Below are positions 24,181 through 33,606 of a stretch of DNA of 64,000 nt, piece by piece. Origin of the DNA: Curvularia clavata (lineage: Eukaryota); contig CP089274.1 in NCBI GenBank assembly GCA_023920165.1, positions 124,001 through 188,000 of the forward strand, in the 5' to 3' direction. The notes under the pieces were generated by a model that was not told where the DNA came from, did no database searches, and saw only the letters and a list, made by a program, of their open reading frames with translations. Numbering within the stretch: position 1 is the first letter of the stretch; every line of letters starts with the position of its first letter. The position numbers and the translations under genes were made by a program.

Positions 24181-25371
24181 ATGGCTGACCGAACCCCATC
24201 CGGCTCAGGAGAGCTTTCCAGGAAGTCGCCGCGCTTCCAAGATTCGAAGTCAAGAGAGAAGACGCCTGGCAAACCGCCAGCCGTCGAAGAGGAAGAGGAT
24301 TCGGAAGAGGATGAGACTAGCCTCCTTCGGGCAGAGATCGACAGGCTAAACGAACAAATCGCACGGCTGTCCCGCCAAAACACCGCAGCCCCAGATCAAC
24401 CTCTCCCCTCCACCGAATCACCACCGACTATCGCTGAACCAACCGAAACTCAATTCGGAAGGTACCAGTCAGCAACCCCGGACCTGCTACGTGTCAAACT
24501 CACAGAACGTACCCCTTCCATTGATAACCTTAGTGATGGAACAGAACCTACGTTCCGCCAATGGCAAGCGTCAATAGAGGACCGCTTAACAATCAACGCG
24601 GACCATTATCGGAGTGAACGCGCACGCATGGCTCTAGTCTGGGGACATACTACAGGTATCGCCAAGGGATACCTGGAACCACAGTACCTAGCCGATTCGG
24701 TGGAGGACCGGTTCCAAAACGCCGAAGATATGATAGCTACTCTAAAATCATACTTCGTATCCGGCAACGAGCAAGCGGAAAGCCGCGCTGCTTTCCACCG
24801 CTTGCTCATGGACAAAAAGGAAACCTTCGCTGAATTTAAGGCAAAATTTATAAGTGCTGCCGTCAAAGGATCCGTATCGAAGTCGGAGTGGTTTTTCTAC
24901 TTATGGGAAAAAATTACCCCCGCCTTGCGTGTTCCAAACTTGGGATTTAAACACCAGTGGAACAACTCCTTTGACAAGATGATACAACACCTTACTGCCT
25001 TCGATACCGAAAGAAGGAACACTCCTTTCGGACACGGTTCGGAACCCACTTCCAATAATTCTCGTACTCCACCAACGAAGCCCCGCGTCAGTCAATACCG
25101 GGACTACCGCCCAAACACTTATGGAGTCCGATCCGAACCAGCTCCGACCCAATCTCGCGCTCATTCTAATACCCCCAGGTTCCCTTCAAAGACCCCCGCA
25201 CTGGATAGCAAACCGACTACTAGCAATTGCTATAACTGCGGAAAACCTGGACATTATGCGAATGAGTGCCCCATTCCTCGGGTTCGAGAAATCGAAGCAG
25301 AGAAGGAAGAATTCGAAGAAGCACACGAATACTTATCGGAGGAGGACCGGGCGGGAAACCACCAGGCCTAG
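24181..25371 (+). CDS. gag: Gag with CCHC zinc knuckle (copy 1)
   Basis: 396-aa ORF with CYNCGKPGHYANEC. Confidence 0.95.
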   Translation: MADRTPSGSGELSRKSPRFQDSKSREKTPGKPPAVEEEEDSEEDETSLLRAEIDRLNEQIARLSRQNTAAPDQPLPSTESPPTIAEPTETQFGRYQSATPDLLRVKLTERTPSIDNLSDGTEPTFRQWQASIEDRLTINADHYRSERARMALVWGHTTGIAKGYLEPQYLADSVEDRFQNAEDMIATLKSYFVSGNEQAESRAAFHRLLMDKKETFAEFKAKFISAAVKGSVSKSEWFFYLWEKITPALRVPNLGFKHQWNNSFDKMIQHLTAFDTERRNTPFGHGSEPTSNNSRTPPTKPRVSQYRDYRPNTYGVRSEPAPTQSRAHSNTPRFPSKTPALDSKPTTSNCYNCGKPGHYANECPIPRVREIEAEKEEFEEAHEYLSEEDRAGNHQA

Positions 25372-28300
25372 GAAAACTCTCCGCCCTAGGCATGAACAAG
25401 TACGATCTAGCTAAAATTGATTTATCCCACTTGTTCGGAGGAAAACACTTCCTAGTACCCACCGTTCTTTGTTCGAAAGGGTTTGGTGTCAGCTTGCACT
25501 CCTTAGTTGACACTGGAGCCCAAGGCTTTTTATTCTTAAATTCTGCTATTGCTCGTACCCTCTCCGGCTCCCTTCAGGTCCCCATCCGAAGACTTCCCTT
25601 CAAGATCACAGTCAAAGGATTTCAGGACCAAGTCCAAACTAGGGTAGACAAATATATTCGGTTACATATCCGAATCGATGGAAGAAAGATTTACAACTGT
25701 CCCTTCGTGATCATGGATCTAGGGACACAGGACTGCATAATTGGAATCAAGTGGTTAAGACGTTTCCAGCTTAGGCTTGATACGAGCCGGAACCGGATCG
25801 TATGGCCGGCCAAGTACCCTCCAACATATGATCCCGCGCCACCTATCCTTGTACAGTTGAAACAACCTTCCATCGATGCTGATGTGGAACGGGACATACA
25901 GAGGCGAGACGCACTATGGGAAAAGGACAACTACCGTAGGCAAAACAGTCCTCGCAAAGCTCTCATGCGAAGAATTAGAGGATGCCTCAAACTTCCCAAG
26001 GTTCGTCTACCACTACCTGTTCCCGACCCTACTCCGGACCCTATCCGACCAACATCTTCACCCCGTATCGCCATCATTTCGGCAAATGCTTTCCATTATT
26101 CTATGAAGCGTAAGGAAAACGAGTTCTTCACGACAAGTATCTATGAGATCGATCGCATCTTAGAAGAGCGCATGAAGCCAGACGATCCCGAAAACGCCAA
26201 ACTTGTTCGGGACCGACTTCCATCCGCTTACCATTCGTACCGCGATGTCTTCAGCAAGACAGCGGCAGAGCTACTGCCCGAACATCGCCCATACGATCAT
26301 AAGATTGTGCTGACCGAACCTCTTCCGAATCAATTCAGTCCTCTGTACAAGCAGAGCACTGAAGAACTCGAAGCCACCAAGACGTTCGTAATGGAAAACC
26401 TTAGGAAAGGACACATTGACCCAAGCCACTGCCCCTTCGCCTCCCCAGTCCTTTGTGTTCGGAAGCCAAACGGAGACATTCGCATCTGTGTAGATTACCG
26501 CCGACTCAACGCAATCACCAGAAAGGATGCGTATCCGATACCACGCATTGACGAGCTTCTAGCCCGCACCCACAAGGCGAAAATCTTCACCAAGCTCGAC
26601 ATACGTGCGGCATTCAACAAGATCCGAATGCACCCCGACTCGGAGGAGTACACCACGTTCCGCACTAGATACGGAACCTACAAGTCCAAAGTGTTGCCTT
26701 TTGGATTATGCAACGGCCCTGCAACATATCAACGCTACATGAATGATGTGTTGATTGATTATCTAGACAGCTTCTGCATAGTCTACCTAGACGACATTTT
26801 GATCTACTCCGAATCGGAACCGGACCACCCCCGCCACGTACAACAGGTCTTGGAAAGGCTTAGGCAAGCCGGTCTCCAAGTTGACATCAAGAAAAGCGAA
26901 TTCCATGTCACTCGGACCAAATACCTAGGGTACATTTTGACCAACCAAGGTCTAGAGGTGGACCCTGACAAGGTGGAAGCCCTTCAAGATTGGGTCCGAC
27001 CTACCACCGTTACTGGTGTGAAGTCGTTCCTAGGGTTCACTGGGTTCTACAGGCAGTTCGTTCCTGAATACTCGCGAATTGCGAAACCTCTCCTCGCCCT
27101 CCAGAGCCCCTCAAGACCATTCGTATGGGATTCGGAGTGCGACCAAGCCTTTGAAAGGTTAAAATCTGCACTGCTGGCAATTCCCACCTTGTACCACTAC
27201 CATCCAGAGTATGATACCAAGGTGGAGACCGACGCGTCCGATGGCGTTGTGGCAGGCGTTCTTTCCCAAAAGCAGCCAAATGGAAATTGGTGTCCTGTAG
27301 CATTCTTCAGCAAGGTCCTATCCGGGTCTGAGCTGAACTGGGAAATACACGACAAAGAACTATTCGCCATCGTAACGGCGTTTAGCAAGTGGCGACCTGA
27401 ACTGCTGTCGGTACGCTCTCGTGTCGACGTGTACTCAGACCACCGTTCCCTTGAATACTTCATGACTACCAAAGTTCTGAATGCCCGCCAGGTGCGATGG
27501 GCGGAAGAGTTGGCATCCTTCAATTTCCACATCCGATACACCCCCGGAAAGGATAATGCTCGTGCTGACATCCTCTCCCGACGGGAGCAAGATGTGGGGA
27601 ATCTGAAGACAGCCCAAATTGACAACCGTTCGCGGGTCCTCCTGGGACCGCACCGACTTGACAACCGAATCAACTCCGAACTTGCTAAGACCTATGTAGC
27701 CCAACTCCAAGCGGAATCTTTCTCCTTACTTGTAGTTGAGCCCATATCGGAGCCGATGTCCCTCGATTCGCTGGAGCTGATCGAGTCTATCCTACAAGAG
27801 AACCGAGCCTCGTTTGGGGCAGAGCGAAGGTCCCTTCCGGACAGATACCGGATCGAAAACGGACTCCTGCTCTATTCCAACCGCCTATGCATTCCTTCCA
27901 CCTCTACCCTTGTGACTCGCCTCATTCGGGAAGTACACGACCAGGTATCCTCAGCGCACCCCAGTGCAAAGAAGACCTACCAACTACTGTCCCAGAAGTA
28001 CCACTGGAAGGGTATGGAATCCACCTGTAAAAGGTATGTGCGGAATTGCATAGCCTGTAGGAAGGCCCATCCTAGACAGACCCGAATTCCAGGGATGATT
28101 CATCCTTTGCCAATTCCTGACCGGCCGATGCAGCACCTGTGCATCGACTTTAAGGAATTTCCCCGAGACCGATCCGGTTACGACATGATCATGGTCGTGA
28201 TCGACCGGTTATCTAAGCAGGCCATCTCCATCCCCTGCCACAAGACTATTGATGCAAGGGGAATGGCCGACCTATTCGTTCAATGGGTGTACCGATTTGG

Positions 28301-29288
28301 CCACACACCTGAAACCATAGTCTCTGACCGAGGACCACAGTTCATTTCAAGCTTCTGGTCGGAATTCTGCCGAATCCTAGGCGTTAAGGTCAAGCTGTCA
28401 ACCGCCTACCACAAAGAAACGGATGGTCAGACAGAGATTATGAATAAGTACATCGATCAGAGGTTGCGCCCATTCGTATCCTACTACCAAGACAACTGGA
28501 GTGGACTTCTACCTTTGATCGATCGTGCTCAAATTTCCCTACCACATTCTTCCATTGGCATGTCCCCGTACCACATCCTATATGGTTCCGAACCCCGGCA
28601 GAGTTGGGACTGGAAACATTCCACCAGCCTTCTCACCCCCACTGACAAACTCAACCATAAGGATGCATTGGAAATGGCTACCCGCATGCACGACGCATGG
28701 AAGGTAGCTAAGGAACAAATGGAGAAAGCCCAGGACAGGATGCGAACCACAGTCAACCGCCATCGTCGTTCTGTTGACTGGGATGTGGGAGACATGGTCT
28801 TCCTAAGTACCCGGAACCTCGCGTCAGACCGTCCGAGTAGGAAGCTATCCTCCAAATGGGAGGGACCCTTCAGGGTACTTGAGAAGGTAGGACATTCATA
28901 CCGCTTGGACCTTCCGAAAAGGTCCCGGATCCATGATGTCTTCGCCCCGGATCTATTATGCAAAGATCCTCAAGACCCCCTCCCAGGACAAGAACCTCCA
29001 AAGCCCCCAGCAACTCCCATCCAAGGCGTGGAAGAATGGGAGGTAGAAGAAATCCTAGCAAGCAAGTTGTACCGCTCAAACCTAAAATACCAAGTACGGT
29101 GGGTCGGACATGACCCGGATCCTACCTGGTACCCAGCCTCAAACTTCATGGGAGCCCCACACAAGCTCAAACTCTTCCATGAACAACATCCCACCAAACC
29201 GGGACCCCCACGTTCCCTTGGCAAGTGGATCACGGCATGGGAACAAGGCACAGAGGATATGACTTCACTGCAGGATGACAAAATTTAA
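25266..29288 (+). CDS. pol: Pol polyprotein PR-RT-RH-IN-chromodomain (copy 1), probably expressed by -1 frameshift
   Basis: LVDTGA (protease), YLDD (RT), TDASD and HDKELFA (RNase H), H..H..C..C plus DDE core and GPF (integrase), WEVEEIL..YQVRWVGH..TWYP (chromodomain). Confidence 0.97.
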   Translation: MPHSSGSRNRSREGRIRRSTRILIGGGPGGKPPGLGKLSALGMNKYDLAKIDLSHLFGGKHFLVPTVLCSKGFGVSLHSLVDTGAQGFLFLNSAIARTLSGSLQVPIRRLPFKITVKGFQDQVQTRVDKYIRLHIRIDGRKIYNCPFVIMDLGTQDCIIGIKWLRRFQLRLDTSRNRIVWPAKYPPTYDPAPPILVQLKQPSIDADVERDIQRRDALWEKDNYRRQNSPRKALMRRIRGCLKLPKVRLPLPVPDPTPDPIRPTSSPRIAIISANAFHYSMKRKENEFFTTSIYEIDRILEERMKPDDPENAKLVRDRLPSAYHSYRDVFSKTAAELLPEHRPYDHKIVLTEPLPNQFSPLYKQSTEELEATKTFVMENLRKGHIDPSHCPFASPVLCVRKPNGDIRICVDYRRLNAITRKDAYPIPRIDELLARTHKAKIFTKLDIRAAFNKIRMHPDSEEYTTFRTRYGTYKSKVLPFGLCNGPATYQRYMNDVLIDYLDSFCIVYLDDILIYSESEPDHPRHVQQVLERLRQAGLQVDIKKSEFHVTRTKYLGYILTNQGLEVDPDKVEALQDWVRPTTVTGVKSFLGFTGFYRQFVPEYSRIAKPLLALQSPSRPFVWDSECDQAFERLKSALLAIPTLYHYHPEYDTKVETDASDGVVAGVLSQKQPNGNWCPVAFFSKVLSGSELNWEIHDKELFAIVTAFSKWRPELLSVRSRVDVYSDHRSLEYFMTTKVLNARQVRWAEELASFNFHIRYTPGKDNARADILSRREQDVGNLKTAQIDNRSRVLLGPHRLDNRINSELAKTYVAQLQAESFSLLVVEPISEPMSLDSLELIESILQENRASFGAERRSLPDRYRIENGLLLYSNRLCIPSTSTLVTRLIREVHDQVSSAHPSAKKTYQLLSQKYHWKGMESTCKRYVRNCIACRKAHPRQTRIPGMIHPLPIPDRPMQHLCIDFKEFPRDRSGYDMIMVVIDRLSKQAISIPCHKTIDARGMADLFVQWVYRFGHTPETIVSDRGPQFISSFWSEFCRILGVKVKLSTAYHKETDGQTEIMNKYIDQRLRPFVSYYQDNWSGLLPLIDRAQISLPHSSIGMSPYHILYGSEPRQSWDWKHSTSLLTPTDKLNHKDALEMATRMHDAWKVAKEQMEKAQDRMRTTVNRHRRSVDWDVGDMVFLSTRNLASDRPSRKLSSKWEGPFRVLEKVGHSYRLDLPKRSRIHDVFAPDLLCKDPQDPLPGQEPPKPPATPIQGVEEWEVEEILASKLYRSNLKYQVRWVGHDPDPTWYPASNFMGAPHKLKLFHEQHPTKPGPPRSLGKWITAWEQGTEDMTSLQDDKI

Positions 29289-29386
29289 AGAAAAGGAAAA
29301 ACAGAAACTTCATTGGGTATCAGTAACAAAGGAAACTCGGACCCGAACCCCACAACCACCAACAAACCCCCAAAATGTCACCTCAC

Positions 29387-30054
29387 TCAAAGTTCAACAT
29401 CAGAGCGCTCCTGCTCAGCGTCGGCCATCTCCTGGTCAACCGCACCCTTGTCCTCCTCTGAGGAGGAGGACAAACCAGACCATTCCTCCGACTCCTCGAC
29501 CCGAGGGCCGACCCGGGCGCCACCCCGAGCCGACCTGGCCTCAAGACGCGAAAGGCGCCTTTCCATGCCATTGACTGTATCGACCAACTCCGAGATGCTG
29601 TCTCGGATGTCCCTCAGGACCTGGTTCTGGGCGACGAGGAGCTGATTGACTGAAAGCTCCTTCTCCTGGGACCTGACAACTTGGACCTTGCGGGCGATGT
29701 CCAAAGCGGCGGCAGCGATTCGATCAAGCAATACCTCCGTATCGGCATCAACTGCAGGGCCATACCGAGCGATGGCACACAACTCGATGGCATCGATCAA
29801 ATCGTGAAACTCCTCGAAGACGTACTCGGGAACCTATCCGGGTTAGCCAAGCTGCAAACAGTGAAGGAAAAGAGAAGCAAACTTACAGGATCGCACTTCT
29901 CCTTCTGCTGGGTGCAATAAAGACACTTCTTGGAGGAATCGGACGGGTAGGCGTAAGCAATGTCGAACTGACGGCGCGCCAAGGCGCGGACAGCTCGCAG
30001 ACAGATGAAGCGATACGCATCCGGCAGCGCACCGGGCGGACAACGAAGAGGCAT
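29387..30054 (-). CDS. Antisense, intron-containing accessory ORF of the retrotransposon (copy 1), about 204 aa
   Basis: ATG at 30054, exon 1 30054-29887, intron 29886-29834 (GTAAGT..CTAAC..TAG, phase 0), exon 2 29833-29387 in frame. Contains KCLYCTQQKEKCDPVP, a coiled coil and an acidic tail. Confidence 0.75.
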
Positions 30055-30889
30055 AGCGAAAACGAGTGCGTTGAGTTGTAATTGACTTGTTTTGATTGAG
30101 AAGCGTGGAGGAGAAAACTCGGCGGCGACACTGTGTTGTTGTTGATATACACACTGGGGGAGCAAACAGTCTTGGCACACGTGACCTGGATAGCCGTTGG
30201 ACCCTGACTACAAACGAATCGCCGGCGACTCGGAGCTCCGATCGAAGCGTCCAGGCCTGTCTGGCAGGTGAAGGCAAACGGCCTAGCGGCCAGGCAGCAA
30301 GGCAGCAGCGCCACGTGAGTACCGGAATGGTCACTGAGGCTCAGGCACAGAGGCTCAAGTGAAGGACATGCACGGCCACGGGAGCCACACCGGAACCGGA
30401 GCATCCTATTGCCCGAAGTGGCGCAGTGTGGGGAAAATCTGGGGGAAATCAGGAACGAGGGACCCCATGGTGCAGGGAAGAAGAATGACAACCGGAACAG
30501 ACAGCTGTGGGACCAGCTGTCTACCGGGAGGGGGGGTAATGTAACCATGCATAGACCAAAACATACCCCAGCCAGGGCAGCTTATCAAGATCCGATTGAG
30601 AGCCGGGTCAGACCCGATGAAGACCCGCACCCAGGTATAAGTACCAGGTACCTTCCATAGATGTTCGGTAGATTTTTGATATCCTTTCGTACCAGGCCTA
30701 TGAGTGTCTACCGAATCCAAGGTGTTTCTGCTGTCCCACGCACTTCCATATGCATTTGAGTGACACTTCCCACCGGAACCGATTCGACTAGTCTTGCTCG
30801 CGCCGTTACAACTTTATATATTATCTATAGAATATTAAACAAATTCTTTACGGATATAGCAATACTTAAATCCGCTAGAAAGGGCCTCC

Positions 30890-31236
30890 TGTTGTAGATA
30901 AGCTACTCAGCTACTCTACGACAGAATTCGGGTGCTCAGTCACACCCGGATTCTACAATCTATAGTCGATCTGTCAAGACTATAATCGATCTATAGACAT
31001 CTGTCTATGACGCTAAAGATTACGCAAGCTACTACTAGATAGATTCTTCTAGAATCTACTCCAGCCAATATATATAGTAGTAGAATAGCTAGTAGATAGA
31101 AACCAGAGCAGTTTATACAAAGTCAATCGTGTCCATCAACTCTCTCCCCTAGCAATCTCTCGTCTATCTAGAGTCTCTCGATCAGGCTGTCTAAGTCTAC
31201 TACTAGTAGTACTAGCAGCCACCTATTACTTCAACA
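30890..31236 (-). mobile_element. Solo LTR B (347 bp), same family as solo LTR A, inverted
   Basis: TGTTG...CAACA termini with TSD CCTCC (30885-89 and 31237-41). 30959-31236 is the exact reverse complement of 22944-23221. Confidence 0.9.
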
Positions 31237-31241
31237 CCTCC

Positions 31242-31849
31242 TATTTAATTCTAAAAATCTATAACATAGCACGTTCCTAATCTTAAAATATATCTATTAT
31301 AGATAGTATACAAGCTAATATTAGGTGCCGCTTTCCGTCTAGACGCACTTTAAAGACTAACTCTATCCTATCTCCCTCTCTAGAAAGATCCTCTCTATTA
31401 GAAGAGGTTAGGGAGCAGACAGACAAGCTAATATCATAGCTTTAACCTAGTCTCTTAGAAAGATAGATTATAAATATATACTTAATCTCTTTAAATATCT
31501 AATTAGCCCTAGAGAGTTTACTTAAGTAGATAAAACCCTATAAAACGCAGTTATAGAGGTTATTCTCCTTAGGTGCAAAGATATCTTGTCGAATCTATAG
31601 TAGGTATTTATAGTCAAAACTATTATAGTTTATTTTATTATAGTTTGTAAAGTTGTTGTCTAACTTATTATTTGTACCTTCCATTTTAAAGTCGCGCTAT
31701 GCTATCCCAGTATCTATATATTTTATAGTCATATCAAGTTCTAACTTGTTATTAGGTTTTCGTACTTCACTTGATAGGAATAGTGGCGGCTTAAGCAAAA
31801 AAAACTATATAGTTTGTTGGCAACATAATTAGTATATATTAACTTAGGT
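31242..31849. other. AT-rich RIP-degenerate spacer (continues at 39051-about 39650 after copy 2)
   Basis: TpA-rich and ORF-free; split by the copy-2 insertion (TSD TAGGT). Confidence 0.6.
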
Positions 31850-32415
31850 TGTAACCATGCATAGACCAAAACATACCCCAGCCAGGGCAGCTTATCAAGA
31901 TCCGATTGAGAGCCGGGTCAGACCCGATGAAGACCCGCACCCAGGTATAAGTACCAGGTACCTTCCATAGATGTTCGGTAGATTTTTGATATCCTTTCGT
32001 ACCAGGCCTATGAGTGTCTACCGAATCCAAGGTGTTTCTGCTGTCCCACGCACTTCCATATGCATTTGAGTGACACTTCCCACCGGAACCGATTCGACTA
32101 GTCTTGCTCGCGCCGTTACATTATATCAAAAATCTCGTCCCAGCCGGTGACGGCCTTCAAAACAATATCGCAGCTTGTTTGTTGAGACCGCGCCCAAGCC
32201 CAAGTCCCTCCGGAACCGCTCCGGATACTTCACACCGTTACGTCCCACATTCACACACAGGCGGGATCCCTTCGATCTCCCGCCGACCGAAGCCTTTGGG
32301 TTTGGACCTCCTGTACTGATTGCAGTCAGGTTAACTTCGGAGAAGTCGCGTAGATTGCGCCAAGGTAGAGACTCGGAGACTACCAAAAACCCATCAGCCA
32401 CGAAGACAACCGTCG

Positions 32416-33606
32416 ATGGCTGACCGAACCCCATCCGGCTCAGGAGAGCTTTCCAGGAAGTCGCCGCGCTTCCAAGATTCGAAGTCAAGAGAGAAGACGC
32501 CTGGCAAACCGCCAGCCGTCGAAGAGGAAGAGGATTCGGAAGAGGATGAGACTAGCCTCCTTCGGGCAGAGATCGACAGGCTAAACGAACAAATCGCACG
32601 GCTGTCCCGCCAAAACACCGCAGCCCCAGATCAACCTCTCCCCTCCACCGAATCACCACCGACTATCGCTGAACCAACCGAAACTCAATTCGGAAGGTAC
32701 CAGTCAGCAACCCCGGACCTGCTACGTGTCAAACTCACAGAACGTACCCCTTCCATTGATAACCTTAGTGATGGAACAGAACCTACGTTCCGCCAATGGC
32801 AAGCGTCAATAGAGGACCGCTTAACAATCAATGCGGACCATTATCGGAGTGAACGCGCACGCATGGCTCTAGTCTGGGGACATACTACAGGTATCGCCAA
32901 GGGATACCTGGAACCACAGTACCTAGCCGATTCGGTGGAGGACCGGTTCCAAAACGCCGAAGATATGATAGCTACTCTAAAATCATACTTCGTATCCGGC
33001 AACGAGCAAGCGGAAAGCCGCGCTGCTTTCCACCGCTTGCTCATGGACAAAAAGGAAACCTTCGCTGAATTTAAGGCAAAATTTATAAGTGCTGCCGTCA
33101 AAGGATCCGTATCGAAGTCGGAGTGGTTTTTCTACTTATGGGAAAAAATTACCCCCGCCTTGCGTGTTCCAAACTTGGGATTTAAACACCAGTGGAACAA
33201 CTCCTTTGACAAGATGATACAACACCTTACTGCCTTCGATACCGAAAGAAGGAACACTCCTTTCGGACACGGTTCGGAACCCACTTCCAATAATTCTCGT
33301 ACTCCACCAACGAAGCCCCGCGTCAGTCAATACCGGGACTACCGCCCAAACACTTATGGAGTCCGATCCGAACCAGCTCCGACCCAATCTCGCGCTCATT
33401 CTAATACCCCCAGGTTCCCTTCAAAGACCCCCGCACTGGATAGCAAACCGACTACTAGCAATTGCTATAACTGCGGAAAACCTGGACATTATGCGAATGA
33501 GTGCCCCATTCCTCGGGTTCGAGAAATCGAAGCAGAGAAGGAAGAATTCGAAGAAGCACACGAATACTTATCGGAGGAGGACCGGGCGGGAAACCACCAG
33601 GCCTAG
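32416..33606 (+). CDS. gag: Gag (copy 2)
   Basis: Protein identical to copy 1. Confidence 0.95.
   Translation: MADRTPSGSGELSRKSPRFQDSKSREKTPGKPPAVEEEEDSEEDETSLLRAEIDRLNEQIARLSRQNTAAPDQPLPSTESPPTIAEPTETQFGRYQSATPDLLRVKLTERTPSIDNLSDGTEPTFRQWQASIEDRLTINADHYRSERARMALVWGHTTGIAKGYLEPQYLADSVEDRFQNAEDMIATLKSYFVSGNEQAESRAAFHRLLMDKKETFAEFKAKFISAAVKGSVSKSEWFFYLWEKITPALRVPNLGFKHQWNNSFDKMIQHLTAFDTERRNTPFGHGSEPTSNNSRTPPTKPRVSQYRDYRPNTYGVRSEPAPTQSRAHSNTPRFPSKTPALDSKPTTSNCYNCGKPGHYANECPIPRVREIEAEKEEFEEAHEYLSEEDRAGNHQA

Larger units (their letters stand above)
23615..30810 (+). mobile_element. Ty3/Gypsy chromovirus LTR retrotransposon, copy 1 (intact, no matching TSD)
   Basis: 271-bp LTRs at 23615-23885 and 30540-30810 (TGTAAC...GTTACA), PBS region 23888-23900, PPT 30526-30536, gag and pol with chromodomain. 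Confidence 0.98.

Noticed and set aside
29883..30548. 221-aa and 163-aa minus-strand ORFs in the retroelement 3' region
   Set aside because: Overlapping alternative frames in GC-rich DNA; the spliced 30054-29387 model has canonical signals and a more protein-like product.
22944..31236. Inverted 278-bp repeats read as TIRs of one large DNA transposon enclosing copy 1
   Set aside because: Each repeat has its own TG..CA ends and its own 5-bp TSD, so they are two independent solo LTRs.
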